From Methanobacteriota archaeon (GTDB taxonomy: Archaea > JAADCQ01 > Methanopyri > Methanopyrales > Methanopyraceae): a stretch of DNA of 64,000 nt. This document shows, piece after piece, positions 36,704 through 46,080 of the stretch (position 1 is its first letter; every line of letters begins with the position of its first letter). The position numbers and the translations under genes are program-made. The stretch is taken from positions 64,001-128,000 of the forward strand of contig JAMOPO010000057.1 in assembly GCA_027064425.1 (NCBI GenBank), in the 5' to 3' direction. The notes beneath the pieces were generated by a model. It made no database searches, had not been told where the DNA came from, and saw nothing but the letters and a program-made list of their open reading frames with translations.

Positions 36704-37261
36704 TCACCGCTCGTACACGTACGCGCGTCGACGCTCGTCCAGCTTCAGCACCTTGGGCGGCCCAAGGGAGTCTATCGGAAACGTGTAGCTGACGATCGTG
36801 GCGTCGCACGCGGCAAGGTCGTCGGAGAGCTCGCGCAGGAGCGAGGGGAGCAGGTACACGAACACGATGTCGGGGCGTAAGCCGCGGAGGTCCACCTCCC
36901 GGACGTCGGCCCGTATAAATACCGTTTTATCCTCTACGCCCAGTGTTTCGCACTTGCGTCTCGCAACCTGAAGTACATCCTCACGCACGTCGACACCGAT
37001 GCCGCGGCACCCGTACAGGTAGGCGGCGGCCGCCACGAACCGGCCGTCTCCGCACCCTAGGTCGACCACCCTGGTGCCCGGCTCCGGGTCCAGGTGCTCC
37101 AGGATCCGGATCACGGCGTCGATCGGGGTGGGGACGAAGCACAGTCGGGTCGGGCACGTGACCACGAAGTCGTCGTCCCGGTGGTACTCCACCTCGTCCG
37201 GGAACAGGCGCCGGAGGCGCTCAACCCTCCTGCTCTTCCTCCTCCTTCTCTTTGTCCTCAT
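36704..37261 (-). CDS. Class I SAM-dependent methyltransferase (protein-lysine MTase-like)
   Basis: FVPTP, VDLGCGDGR, GIGVD, VFVYLLP, VSYTF. Confidence 0.85.
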   Translation of the reverse strand: MRTKRRRRKSRRVERLRRLFPDEVEYHRDDDFVVTCPTRLCFVPTPIDAVIRILEHLDPEPGTRVVDLGCGDGRFVAAAAYLYGCRGIGVDVREDVLQVARRKCETLGVEDKTVFIRADVREVDLRGLRPDIVFVYLLPSLLRELSDDLAACDATIVSYTFPIDSLGPPKVLKLDERRRAYVYER

Positions 37262-37625
37262 CCACCCCGATCCTCCGCTTAGGTGAGTGGTACCCTCGCA
37301 GCTCCTCGAACTTGGCGAACCGGCGGAGGAGGCCTCGGTAAATGTCCCCGTGGCGCGGGGTGACGACGATCACGTGCCCGGGCGGGTGGATCTTCGAGAT
37401 CTTCTCGATGATCTCCGCCGGCTCTCCCTCGACCTGTGCGATGGCGGCCACCGGGTACGGTCGCTTGACCTCTCCGAGCAGTTCCCGGACGATGGTGTTG
37501 GCCACGGAGGCGCTGAGGATACGAGGTTTGCCCAAGATTTTAATACCCGCGTACCTCTCTATGTCCGACAGGCTGGTGAGTATCTTCTCATAGGAGTCGG
37601 AGCGCACCACTATAAATACCGGCAG
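37221..37625 (-). CDS. DUF356 family protein
   Basis: VRSDSYEK..LSDIERYAGIKILGKPR, IHPPGHVIVV; probable CTG start after GGGGTGA. Confidence 0.8.
   Translation of the reverse strand: MPVFIVVRSDSYEKILTSLSDIERYAGIKILGKPRILSASVANTIVRELLGEVKRPYPVAAIAQVEGEPAEIIEKISKIHPPGHVIVVTPRHGDIYRGLLRRFAKFEELRGYHSPKRRIGVDEDKEKEEEEQEG
37611..37618 (+). promoter_or_regulatory. TATA box for the DUF2209-hflX operon embedded in the divergent gene
   Basis: TATAAATA about 35-40 nt upstream of the start. Confidence 0.45.
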
Positions 37626-37652
37626 CGTGGCTCACCCCGCGGGGGGTCGACT

Positions 37653-38084
37653 CTGGAGCGCACAAACGTGGTCGGGGTCGACATCTCCGGGCGTCACGCC
37701 GAGGAGGACGGCCGGTATAATAGGATCACGGCGTGCGTTTCGGCCGAGGTTGACGGGTTCAACGTGTTCTCGGTCCGCGACGTGAACGTGTTCGTCGTGA
37801 GCACCCCGGAGCCTCCCAACCTGCGGACGCTCGTGGAGGAGGTTTCCAAGGCGCTCAACGGGCTGGACAAGGCGGAGGAGTTCACGGTCGTGGCCGAGCC
37901 GGGCGAGTTCTTCGGGGAGCCCGAGTGGCGCGTTTCCGCCCTGCTGGGCGTCCCGTTCAAGTACGCGGAGACGGTGGCGGAGCGTGAGGTCGTGCAGATG
38001 GCCCACAAGCTGGCCTACGGCGTTTACAAGGGTGTTAAGATGGGGTTGAAGGTTGCCAGATCGTCCCAAGGCAGTCCTGGTTGA
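37653..38084 (+). CDS. DUF2209-like protein (RNase H-like fold)
   Basis: VGVDISGRH, AEPGEF, FKYAETVAER..AH; start CTG 37653 or GTG 37668. Confidence 0.7.
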   Translation: MERTNVVGVDISGRHAEEDGRYNRITACVSAEVDGFNVFSVRDVNVFVVSTPEPPNLRTLVEEVSKALNGLDKAEEFTVVAEPGEFFGEPEWRVSALLGVPFKYAETVAEREVVQMAHKLAYGVYKGVKMGLKVARSSQGSPG

Positions 38085-39324
38085 GCGCCTGGAGTGGGGT
38101 CAGGAGAGCCGGCTGGACGAGCTGGAGCAGCTGGCGGAGTCCGCCGGTTACGAGGTCGTTGGCAGGTTCAAGCAGCTCCGGCACGAGGACCCGAAGTACA
38201 ACATCGGTCGAGGCAAGGTGAAGGAGATCGCCGAGTTCGTCCGGGAGCACGACGCGGACAAGGTCATCTTCGAGAACGAGCTCAAGCCGGTGCAGGCGTT
38301 CAACCTGGCGGGCGAGTTCGGGGTCGAGGTCATCGACCGGTTCCAGCTGATCCTGGAGATCTTCGCGCAGCGGGCCCGGACCAAGGAGGCGAAGCTGCAG
38401 GTCAAGCTCGCCCGGCTCAAGTACGAGCTGCCTCGGGCCCGGGAGATGGTGAACCTGGCGAAGAAGGAGGAGCGGCCGGGCTTCCGCGGCCTGGGTAAGT
38501 ACGAGGCGGACAAGTACGAGGAGATGATCCGGCGGAAGATCGCGAAAATCGAGAAGAAGCTGCGGCAGATCGAGCGGGACCGCAAGCTGAAGAGGAAGCA
38601 CCGGAGGCGGCTCGGCTTCGAGCTCGTGACGCTCGCCGGCTACACCTGCGCGGGTAAGAGCACGCTGATGCGGCGGCTCACGGACGAGAAGGTTCACGTG
38701 GATGAGAAGATGTTCTCCACGCTGGACACGACCACGCGCGTGCTGAACCTGGACGGGCACAAGGTCCTGCTCACGGACACGGTCGGGTTCGTGGACAACC
38801 TGCCGCACTGGCTGGTGGAGTCGTTCAAGTCGACGCTGGAGGAGACGGCCCAGGCCGATCTGGTCCTGCTGGTCGTGGACGTGAGCGAGGAGCTGAGCGA
38901 GATAAAGCGAAAGCTACGCGTGTGCCACCGGGTGCTGGACGAGATCGGGGTCCGCTCCCCGGTCGTCACGGCGCTCAACAAGGTGGACCTCATCGGCTGG
39001 GAGGAGGCGGAGCGGAAGCTCGAGGCGCTCCAGGGGATGGTCTCGCACCCGGTCATCATCTCCGCCAAGACGGGCGAGGGCATCGACGAGCTGAAGGAGC
39101 GCCTCCGGGCCGTGTTGTCCCGGTACTGGAGGAACGTCCGCGTGCGGCTCCCCGCGGACCCGCGCAGTATGAGCGTGGTTTCCCGGCTGCACGACATGGG
39201 CAAGGTCCTGGACGAGCGGTGGTCCGAGGACGGCGTGGAGCTGTACGTGGAGGTCAGCGAGAAGGTGGTCGGGCGGATCAAGGGAATGATCGAGGACATG
39301 GGTGAGGTGGAGGTGCTCGACTGA
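38053..39324 (+). CDS. hflX: GTPase HflX
   Basis: LILEIFAQRA, GYTCAGKST, FSTLDTT, DTVGF, NKVD, SAK. Confidence 0.96.
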   Translation: MPDRPKAVLVERLEWGQESRLDELEQLAESAGYEVVGRFKQLRHEDPKYNIGRGKVKEIAEFVREHDADKVIFENELKPVQAFNLAGEFGVEVIDRFQLILEIFAQRARTKEAKLQVKLARLKYELPRAREMVNLAKKEERPGFRGLGKYEADKYEEMIRRKIAKIEKKLRQIERDRKLKRKHRRRLGFELVTLAGYTCAGKSTLMRRLTDEKVHVDEKMFSTLDTTTRVLNLDGHKVLLTDTVGFVDNLPHWLVESFKSTLEETAQADLVLLVVDVSEELSEIKRKLRVCHRVLDEIGVRSPVVTALNKVDLIGWEEAERKLEALQGMVSHPVIISAKTGEGIDELKERLRAVLSRYWRNVRVRLPADPRSMSVVSRLHDMGKVLDERWSEDGVELYVEVSEKVVGRIKGMIEDMGEVEVLD

Positions 39325-39332
39325 CGGGTCGA

Positions 39333-39779
39333 TCAGTCCTCGGACCGGGACTCCACGCTCTTCCGGTACCACTCCGGCACCTGGACCAGCGCGTACCCAC
39401 CGTCCGGGCCCGGCTTGCCGTCGATCTTGAAGCCCATCTTACGCAGGTCCTTGACCCGGTTGTGCACGGCCACCCGGCTCTCCCGGTTGATGAACTCCTT
39501 CAGCAGCTCCCCGCTGACGTAGTTGCCCGAGCGCGTGTATATACCGGCCTCCTTGAGGATCTGCTTCGCCTTCTTCTCGCCGACGGTCTTGGAGAGCTGG
39601 TCGAGGAGCCGGTTGGCCTCCTCCAGCACGGAGAGGATGATCAGGTGACCCGCGTCCACCTTAACCCCCTTCTCGTAGGCCCGCTTGAGGAACTCCCACA
39701 GGTCCCCGCGCGGGCGACTCTTGGCGACCCGCTCCAGCCTGAGCTGGGTCAGGGCGGCGATCTCATCGTCCCGCGCCAT
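39333..39779 (-). CDS. Winged-HTH transcription regulator (HTH_11-like C-terminal domain)
   Basis: YVSGELL...SRVAVHNRVKDLRKMGFKIDGKPGPDGGY. Confidence 0.75.
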   Translation of the reverse strand: MARDDEIAALTQLRLERVAKSRPRGDLWEFLKRAYEKGVKVDAGHLIILSVLEEANRLLDQLSKTVGEKKAKQILKEAGIYTRSGNYVSGELLKEFINRESRVAVHNRVKDLRKMGFKIDGKPGPDGGYALVQVPEWYRKSVESRSED

Positions 39780-39800
39780 AGCGATTCCCCCACGTTCCGA

Positions 39801-39830
39801 CCCGTGTAACGTTTCACGGGATATAACTTT
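39801..39830 (-). promoter_or_regulatory. TATA box plus 20-bp palindromic operator
   Basis: AAAGTTATAT (minus) directly followed by CCCGTGAAACGTTACACGGG (one mismatched pair). Confidence 0.65.
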
Positions 39831-39858
39831 GGCGCGGTGAGGGGGCGTCGGGAGGGCG

Positions 39859-40500
39859 TCAGGACCGCCTCAGCTCCTGCCGCTTCTTGGCCACTCGGCG
39901 GGCCACCACCGCCTCGCCCAGCTTGAACAGGTACACGAACAGCCGCTCGATCCCGCCCATGAGCCACAGCACGTACCCGAACGTCCGATCGCTGATCTTA
40001 CGCTCGAACTCCTCCGGGGACAGGTCCCGGTCCAGCTCCCGATTAAACACCATCGTCGCCGCCTCCACGAACTCCCGCCACGAGATCCCGGGCGCGTGCT
40101 CGTGCACCTCGCGCAGCAGCTTCTCCACCGGCGTGTCGTACAGCCTGGACATCAGCTCCACCACCGACCGCAGCGTGACCACACCAACCACGCTCATGTC
40201 GTCCTCCACCAGCGGGACCAGCGTAAGGTCGGACTCCATCATCACCTCCACGGCCTCGGTGATCGGGTCCGAGGGAGCGATGGACTCCGGCCGCCTCGAG
40301 ACCTCCTCCACCCGGCCGGCACCGGCCACGAGGCCCCGGCACACGTCGTTCGAGGTCACGAGGCCCGCCAGACGGTCGGAGTCGTCCACCACGACCGCCG
40401 TGTACTCCGAGTACCGGGCGAGCTCGCGAGCGGCCTGCTCGAGGTCATCGTCCACGCGAACTTTCGGGTACTCCCGCGTTGCCCACCGCTCCGCCCTCAA
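39859..40500 (-). CDS. CBS domain protein at end of eha operon
   Basis: VVVDDSDRLAGLVT, VPLVED..VVGVVT tandem CBS; overlaps upstream stop. Confidence 0.85.
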   Translation of the reverse strand: MRAERWATREYPKVRVDDDLEQAARELARYSEYTAVVVDDSDRLAGLVTSNDVCRGLVAGAGRVEEVSRRPESIAPSDPITEAVEVMMESDLTLVPLVEDDMSVVGVVTLRSVVELMSRLYDTPVEKLLREVHEHAPGISWREFVEAATMVFNRELDRDLSPEEFERKISDRTFGYVLWLMGGIERLFVYLFKLGEAVVARRVAKKRQELRRS

Positions 40501-41255
40501 CCCTCATCACCCTCCCGGACCTCGATCGCGTCCGCCGGGCAGTTGCGCGCGCACTCCGCGCACCGAATGCACCGATCGTAGTCGATCTCCGCCACGTCCC
40601 CGCGCACTTCCACGGCGTCGACCGGGCAGACCTCCACGCACACCCCGCAGCCGATGCAGGCGCTCTCGTCCAGCCTCACCTCCCGCTCGAACTCGGGAGG
40701 CTCCAGCCGCCTGCGGACTCGGATCGCGTCCACCGGGCAGGCGTGCTCACACGCCCGGCAGCCCACGCACCGGTCCAGGTCGATCTCCAGCGCCTCGAGG
40801 TCGGGCGCATCCACCGGGCAGATTTGAAGGCAGAGACCGCACTTAACGCACCTGGACTCGTCCAGTCGCGCCTCCCTGACCTCGATCTTACGGCGCACCA
40901 CCTCGACCCGCTCCAGCTCGATCTCGACCCTATCGTCCTCTACCCTCGCCTCACCGCGGACCACGCTGAGAGCGTTGACGGGGCAGGACTTCGCGCACAG
41001 GCGGCAGATCACGCAGCTCTCGTGGTCGATCTCCGGCGGCGTGGAGTGGTCGGGCTCCGAGATCGCGTCCACCGGGCACTCCTCGTAGCAGATCTTGCAG
41101 CCCACGCACCGGTCCTCGTCCACGATCACGAACTCCCGCTGCACGGGCCCGACCTCGGAGATGACGCGGCTGACCAGCTCCTCGTCCGCGTCCTCAACCC
41201 GCTCCAGCACCCTTTCAACGAGCTCCTCCACCGGGACGCTCTCACGGACGCTCAC
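40497..41255 (-). CDS. Polyferredoxin, 6x[4Fe-4S]
   Basis: Six CxxCxxCxxxCP motifs. Confidence 0.92.
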   Translation of the reverse strand: MSVRESVPVEELVERVLERVEDADEELVSRVISEVGPVQREFVIVDEDRCVGCKICYEECPVDAISEPDHSTPPEIDHESCVICRLCAKSCPVNALSVVRGEARVEDDRVEIELERVEVVRRKIEVREARLDESRCVKCGLCLQICPVDAPDLEALEIDLDRCVGCRACEHACPVDAIRVRRRLEPPEFEREVRLDESACIGCGVCVEVCPVDAVEVRGDVAEIDYDRCIRCAECARNCPADAIEVREGDEG

Positions 41256-41686
41256 CCGGCTCCCCCCACGGGCTCAATGGCTCGGGCCGGGCACGTCCTC
41301 ACGCACTCCAGGCACCCCACGCACCGGTCCTCGTTCAGCTCGGGCGCAGCCCCCTTCTCCCCGCGGAGCGCCCCGAAGGGGCAGGAGGAGGAGCAGGCCT
41401 GGCACCCCACGCACCGCTCCTCGACCACCCGAACCCTGACCCGCGGCGCCTCCTCGAGCACCTCGACCCGGATCTCCCCGTCCCGCTCGTACGCGCGACC
41501 GAGGAGCAGGGCGCTGAAGGGGCAGGCCTCCGCGCACAGGCCGCACTTCACGCACCGGTCCTCGTCGATCCGGGCCGCACCCTCCTCCACGGTGATCGCG
41601 TCCACCGGGCACTCCCGCTCGCAGAGCCCGCAGCCCCGGCACAGCTCGGGGATCACCACCACCCGCCTAACCTCGACGCCGGTCAT
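41252..41686 (-). CDS. Polyferredoxin, 4x[4Fe-4S]
   Basis: Four CxxCxxCxxxCP motifs. Confidence 0.9.
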   Translation of the reverse strand: MTGVEVRRVVVIPELCRGCGLCERECPVDAITVEEGAARIDEDRCVKCGLCAEACPFSALLLGRAYERDGEIRVEVLEEAPRVRVRVVEERCVGCQACSSSCPFGALRGEKGAAPELNEDRCVGCLECVRTCPARAIEPVGGAG

Positions 41687-42806
41687 CTCCGACCCCCACC
41701 TCCAGGATGAGCTCGCGGAGCGCCTCCTCAGCGGCCTTCCTCACCACCCGCCGCGCGACCTCACGCCTCAGCTTCCGGTCCAGCTCGCGCTCCAGCCTGC
41801 GCTTGAGGCGGCGCTCCCGCTCCGTCACCGCGCCGAACTCGCGCTCCGCCCGCGCCAGGAGGCACTCCCGGAGCGTCTGCAGGAAGGCGTTGCTCACCAG
41901 GACGCGCCTCACCTCACGCTCCGCGCGATCCGTGGGCACCGTCTCGATGGCGGAGGTGGGACAGGCCTCGGCGCAGAGCCCGCACCGGACGCAGTCCGTG
42001 GGCGAGATGACCGGCATTCGGGTCGCCTCCTCGAGCTCGACGGCCCCGACCGGGCAGGCCTCGTAGCAGATCCTGCAGCCGATGCACAGGTCGGGCCGGA
42101 TGAAGTAGACCTCCTCCACCCGCCTGGGGCGCGGTCGGTGATCCGGGCGCTTGAGGGCCTCGGTGGGGCAGTAGGCCGCGCAGATGTAGCAGCCGATGCA
42201 GGACTCCGGGTCCGGTTCGTCCCCGGGCACCGGCTCCGCGGCACCGGTGGGGCAGACCTCGCGGCACTTACCGCACTCGACGCACATGTCGCGGTTCAGC
42301 TCGGGCGGGTCCCTGGTCTCGAGCTCCGGCACGTCCAGCTCGACGGTCACCGCGTCGTGCGGGCACGCCTTGACGCACTCGAGGCAGCCCCGGCACGCGT
42401 CGAGGTCGATCACGTGCTCCTCGATGACCCGGCGCATGACGTCGGTTGGGCAAGCGTCCAGGCACGGTCTCTCCTCGCAGTCCTCGCAGGCGTGCAGGTC
42501 CACGCGGATGGAGCGCACCTCGGGCTCGGCGCGAGGGACGCGGACGGGCCGGACGCGGGGCTCGGTGCCGTTGAACTCGAGCTCGTAGTAACGCAGCACG
42601 CGGCGGGGGCAGGCCTGGACGCACAGGGAGCAGCCCACGCACCGGTCCTCGTCGAGCTCCACCCGCTCCCGGACCTCGATGGCATCCACCGGGCAGACCT
42701 CGGCGCACAGCCCGCAGGCGACGCACTCCTCCGACCGCTCGGGACGCGCGAAGTTGATTCGGACGTTCGCGAGCCGGTCCTCAAAGCGGAAGTGAGCCTC
42801 GGCCAC
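41667..42806 (-). CDS. Polyferredoxin, 8x[4Fe-4S], with charged helical tail (EhaQ-like)
   Basis: Eight Cys cluster motifs (one with 4-residue spacing). Confidence 0.9.
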   Translation of the reverse strand: MAEAHFRFEDRLANVRINFARPERSEECVACGLCAEVCPVDAIEVRERVELDEDRCVGCSLCVQACPRRVLRYYELEFNGTEPRVRPVRVPRAEPEVRSIRVDLHACEDCEERPCLDACPTDVMRRVIEEHVIDLDACRGCLECVKACPHDAVTVELDVPELETRDPPELNRDMCVECGKCREVCPTGAAEPVPGDEPDPESCIGCYICAAYCPTEALKRPDHRPRPRRVEEVYFIRPDLCIGCRICYEACPVGAVELEEATRMPVISPTDCVRCGLCAEACPTSAIETVPTDRAEREVRRVLVSNAFLQTLRECLLARAEREFGAVTERERRLKRRLERELDRKLRREVARRVVRKAAEEALRELILEVGVGDDRRRG

Positions 42807-42810
42807 GGGA

Positions 42811-43398
42811 TCACCCCTTGGCCTCGCGGAGGGCCTCCTTCAGGCGCTCGGCCCAGCGCTCGGAGAGCTCCTCCACGTCCATCGGGATGATCTTGATCGC
42901 GCCGGCGACCGGACACGCCTCGATGCACCGCTCGCAGAGCACGCACCGGTCCGGGTCGACCCGAGCGGTGTCATCGACCTCGATCGCGTCCGAGGGGCAG
43001 ACGTCGCGGCATCGGCCGCACCCCACGCACAGGTCCTCATCGACGACCACCCGGGCGGGCTTGGGCGGGGTGATCCGCTCCTCCACCTCCCGGGTCAGCG
43101 CGCCGACCTCGATCGCCCCTACGGGGCAGACCTCGGCGCACAGCCCGCACCGGATGCACCGCTCGCGGTGGACGACGGGCCCCCGGTCCGTGATCTCGAG
43201 GGCGGGGGGCTGGTCGTCGGACTCGCCGACCGGGCAGGCGTCCGCGCAGGCCCCGCAGTTGACGCACCGGTCGAGGTCGATGATGGGGAAGTCCCGGAAG
43301 CGGCGCGGGCGGTCCCTAATCTTGCGGGGGGAGTGGGCGTCGAGCAGCCGCTTGCCGCCCTTCCGGGTCAGGATGTTGCTCAGGTAGTCCGGGAGCAC
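42811..43398 (-). CDS. Polyferredoxin, 4x[4Fe-4S] (EhaP-like)
   Basis: RPRRFRDFP then four motifs; GTG 43398 after GAGGTGA. Confidence 0.9.
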   Translation of the reverse strand: MLPDYLSNILTRKGGKRLLDAHSPRKIRDRPRRFRDFPIIDLDRCVNCGACADACPVGESDDQPPALEITDRGPVVHRERCIRCGLCAEVCPVGAIEVGALTREVEERITPPKPARVVVDEDLCVGCGRCRDVCPSDAIEVDDTARVDPDRCVLCERCIEACPVAGAIKIIPMDVEELSERWAERLKEALREAKG

Positions 43399-44606
43399 GC
43401 CCGGATCACCTCCCGCGCGCGTCCCTCGTAGAGAACTTTGCCGCGCCTCTCGTCGACGACCACGAACCGCTCGTTGCAGGCGACGCACGGGTCCAGGCTC
43501 GCGTAGGTGGCGACGGCGTCGGCGATGCTGGGGCACCCTGGGGCGATCGCCTCCAGGACCCGGATGTTGGGGACGGAAGGCGTGCGGATGGTGACGCGCC
43601 GGACGACCCCTCCCGGGGAGATCTCCATGTCGTAGACGAGCTCACCCCGGGGAGCCTCGACCCGGTTGTCCACGTGACCGCCGCGGATCTCCAGCTCGCG
43701 GCGGTGCTCCCCCTCCGGCAGCTCGTCCACGATCCGCTCGATGAGGTCGATGGATTGGAGGCACTCATCGTACCGGAGGAGGATTCGAGCCAGGTTGTCG
43801 CCCCGCCTGCGGGACACGGGCTTGAACCCGAGCTCGGGGTACACGGGTTCCTGGAGCCGCATGTCGGACTCTGGGACGCCGGAGGCGCGGGCCTGGGGCC
43901 CGACGACGCGGTACCTCCGGACGTGCTCCCTCGTGATCACGCCCACGCCGCGCGAGCGGAGCTTGATGAGGGGGTCCGTCTGGGCGATCCGGCGGTACGT
44001 TTTCACGTCCTCCCTCACCTCTTCGAGGGTCTCGAGTACGCGCTCCAGCTGCTCCTCCGTGACGTCGACCCGTACCCCGCCCACGACGTTCCAGCCGGTG
44101 AGGATGCGGTTGCCCGTGATCTCCTCGATGCAGTCGAGGACCCGCTCCCGCGTGTTCATGTTCCACACGAACATCGTCTCGTGCTCGATGGAGTAGAAGT
44201 ACGCCGCGTTGGCGATCAGGTGGGACTGGATGCGGTCCAGCTCCTGCACGAGCACGCGCAGGAACAGGCCCCTAGGGGCGGGCTCGCCCTCCGCCACGCG
44301 CTCGACGCCGCCGACGAAGCACATGTTGTGGGCGTGCGAGCAGATCCCGCAGACGCGCTCCGCCAGGAACGCGGCCTTCTGCCACGGCATCCCCTCCATG
44401 ATCTTCTCGATCCCGCGGTGGCAGTACCCCATCTCCACCTTGCAGTCGACGACCTCCTCCCCGCGCACGGCCAGCTTGATGCGCAGCGGCTCCTTGAGGA
44501 TGGGGTGGTTGGGCCCGATGGGCACCTTGTGCGAGATGGGAACCTCCTCGCCCGTCTCCACGTCCACCACGCGCACGTTGCCCTCGCCCTTACGCCTCCG
44601 CTCCAT
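43380..44606 (-). CDS. ehaO: Eha [NiFe] hydrogenase large subunit
   Basis: IGPNHP, HRGIE, RVCGICSHAH, EAPRGE, DPCVAC. Confidence 0.95.
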   Translation of the reverse strand: MERRRKGEGNVRVVDVETGEEVPISHKVPIGPNHPILKEPLRIKLAVRGEEVVDCKVEMGYCHRGIEKIMEGMPWQKAAFLAERVCGICSHAHNMCFVGGVERVAEGEPAPRGLFLRVLVQELDRIQSHLIANAAYFYSIEHETMFVWNMNTRERVLDCIEEITGNRILTGWNVVGGVRVDVTEEQLERVLETLEEVREDVKTYRRIAQTDPLIKLRSRGVGVITREHVRRYRVVGPQARASGVPESDMRLQEPVYPELGFKPVSRRRGDNLARILLRYDECLQSIDLIERIVDELPEGEHRRELEIRGGHVDNRVEAPRGELVYDMEISPGGVVRRVTIRTPSVPNIRVLEAIAPGCPSIADAVATYASLDPCVACNERFVVVDERRGKVLYEGRAREVIRACSRTT

Positions 44607-45069
44607 CCGCCTCACCCCGGCGGGACTCCCACGAGCGGAAGAGGCGCGGGACGACCTCCACGATGGCGGAGACGATCTCCTCCGGGCGCGGAGGACAGCC
44701 GGGCACCTCCGCGTCCACGGGGATCACCTCCCGGACCGGCCCGCAGACGCGCCCGCCGTTCTGGTTGAAGATCCCGCCGGAGCAGGCGCACGCGCCCACG
44801 GCCACCACGGCCTTGGGCTCGGGCACCTTCCGGTACAGGCGCTTCAGCTTCTCCCTCCACTGATACGTGACGGGCCCCGTGACGATCAGCACGTCGCTTT
44901 TCCTCGGATTGTTGTGGTAGTAAATCCCATACTGCTCCAGGTCGTACCGGTACGTGTAGCAGGCCAGGATCTCGATGTCGCAGCCGTTGCACCCGCCGGT
45001 GTTCACCACCGTGACGTGGATCGAGCGGGAGCGCACGAACCCCTTCAACCGCTCCAGCAGGGACCGCAA
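44590..45069 (-). CDS. ehaN: Eha hydrogenase small subunit
   Basis: GGCNGCDIE, GACACSGG, PGCPPRP. Confidence 0.95.
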   Translation of the reverse strand: MRSLLERLKGFVRSRSIHVTVVNTGGCNGCDIEILACYTYRYDLEQYGIYYHNNPRKSDVLIVTGPVTYQWREKLKRLYRKVPEPKAVVAVGACACSGGIFNQNGGRVCGPVREVIPVDAEVPGCPPRPEEIVSAIVEVVPRLFRSWESRRGEADGAEA

Positions 45070-45507
45070 CTACACGATCCCCCGGTCCCGCAGGGAGAGG
45101 AACGCGCTCAGCAGCTTCTCCCGGTCGAGCTCCACGGGCTCCTTGCCCTCGTGGATCCGCAGCAGCTCCCGCCTCAGCTCCTCCCGGAGCTCGCCCTCGC
45201 TCACGGCATCGATCAGGAGCAGGAGCGTGGCCTCCTCGTCCAGGTTCTCCGCCAGCCGCTCCACCTGCTCCAGCTCGCAGTGCAGGCCGTAGAGGCCCGA
45301 GCAGGACCGGGCCCGGGTGAGAACGGATCGGACCTGATCCTCCTCCACGTCCAGCGCCTCGGCGAGGCGCTTGACGACGTCCCGATCGTAGGCGTAGCTC
45401 TTCAGGATCCACCGCTTCACGCGCAGCACGACCTCCTCGTCCTCGGCGTAGAGCTCCTCCAAATCCCCCTCCGTCAGCCCCTTGCGACGGGTGAGGAGCC
45501 TCAGCAT
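45070..45507 (-). CDS. ehaM: Eha subunit M
   Basis: KRWILKSY..DVVKRLAEAL...LH; operon position. Confidence 0.75.
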   Translation of the reverse strand: MLRLLTRRKGLTEGDLEELYAEDEEVVLRVKRWILKSYAYDRDVVKRLAEALDVEEDQVRSVLTRARSCSGLYGLHCELEQVERLAENLDEEATLLLLIDAVSEGELREELRRELLRIHEGKEPVELDREKLLSAFLSLRDRGIV

Positions 45508-45833
45508 CCGATCACCTCCGCGCCCCGGTGGGCGAGGAGTATCGAGCAGAAGAGGATCAGGCCCAGCGCGGTCTCGATCCTCCCGTAACCGGGGCGCATG
45601 TTCAGCACGTAGCCCGCCAGGAACGCGCCCGCGCACAGGCCCAGCGGTCTCCACTTCAGCCAGGACACGGCGAGGGTCGCCCAGCCGAGCAGGGCGAGCG
45701 GGAGGGCGATGGGGTCGAGGCGGCGCTCTCGGAAGATCTCCCGGTAGACCCGGTAACTGTACTCGAGGCCGACCAGGGAGCCGGCAATGAAGGCGGCCAC
45801 CGCGCCCAGGATGGCGAGCTCCTCCGGGTTCAT
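45501..45833 (-). CDS. ehaL: Eha membrane subunit L
   Basis: FIAGSLVGLEYSY, MRPGYGRIE. Confidence 0.8.
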   Translation of the reverse strand: MNPEELAILGAVAAFIAGSLVGLEYSYRVYREIFRERRLDPIALPLALLGWATLAVSWLKWRPLGLCAGAFLAGYVLNMRPGYGRIETALGLILFCSILLAHRGAEVIGC

Positions 45834-46069
45834 AGGTGCCCCACCCGCAGCACGTGGAGGCAGGCTAGGAAGATCGCCACCACGGCCAGGACCACGGCGA
45901 CCTCCTCGGCGCGGTGCACCAGCTCGTACGTTCGACCGCAGGTGGCGAGGAGCAGGGTGATCGCGAGGAGGATCAGGGCGCCGACCCGGGCCTGCGCCGA
46001 GTGCTCCGCGGCCGCTATACCGACCATCGCGAGCATCGAGGCGGTGATCGCGAGCAGGTGCGGTCGCAC
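45830..46069 (-). CDS. ehaK: Eha membrane subunit K
   Basis: Small hydrophobic ORF, GTG after GGGGAGG; operon position. Confidence 0.6.
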   Translation of the reverse strand: MRPHLLAITASMLAMVGIAAAEHSAQARVGALILLAITLLLATCGRTYELVHRAEEVAVVLAVVAIFLACLHVLRVGHL

Positions 46070-46080
46070 GGTCCTCCCCC

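Noticed and set aside
40497-43398. Recurring GCACCGGTCCTCGTC / CACCGGGCA motifs resembling a repeat array
   Set aside because: They encode ferredoxin Cys motifs; spacing is irregular and coding, so not CRISPR.
43380-45069. Possible selenocysteine in the hydrogenase subunits
   Set aside because: Both Ni-binding CxxC motifs use Cys codons; no in-frame UGA.
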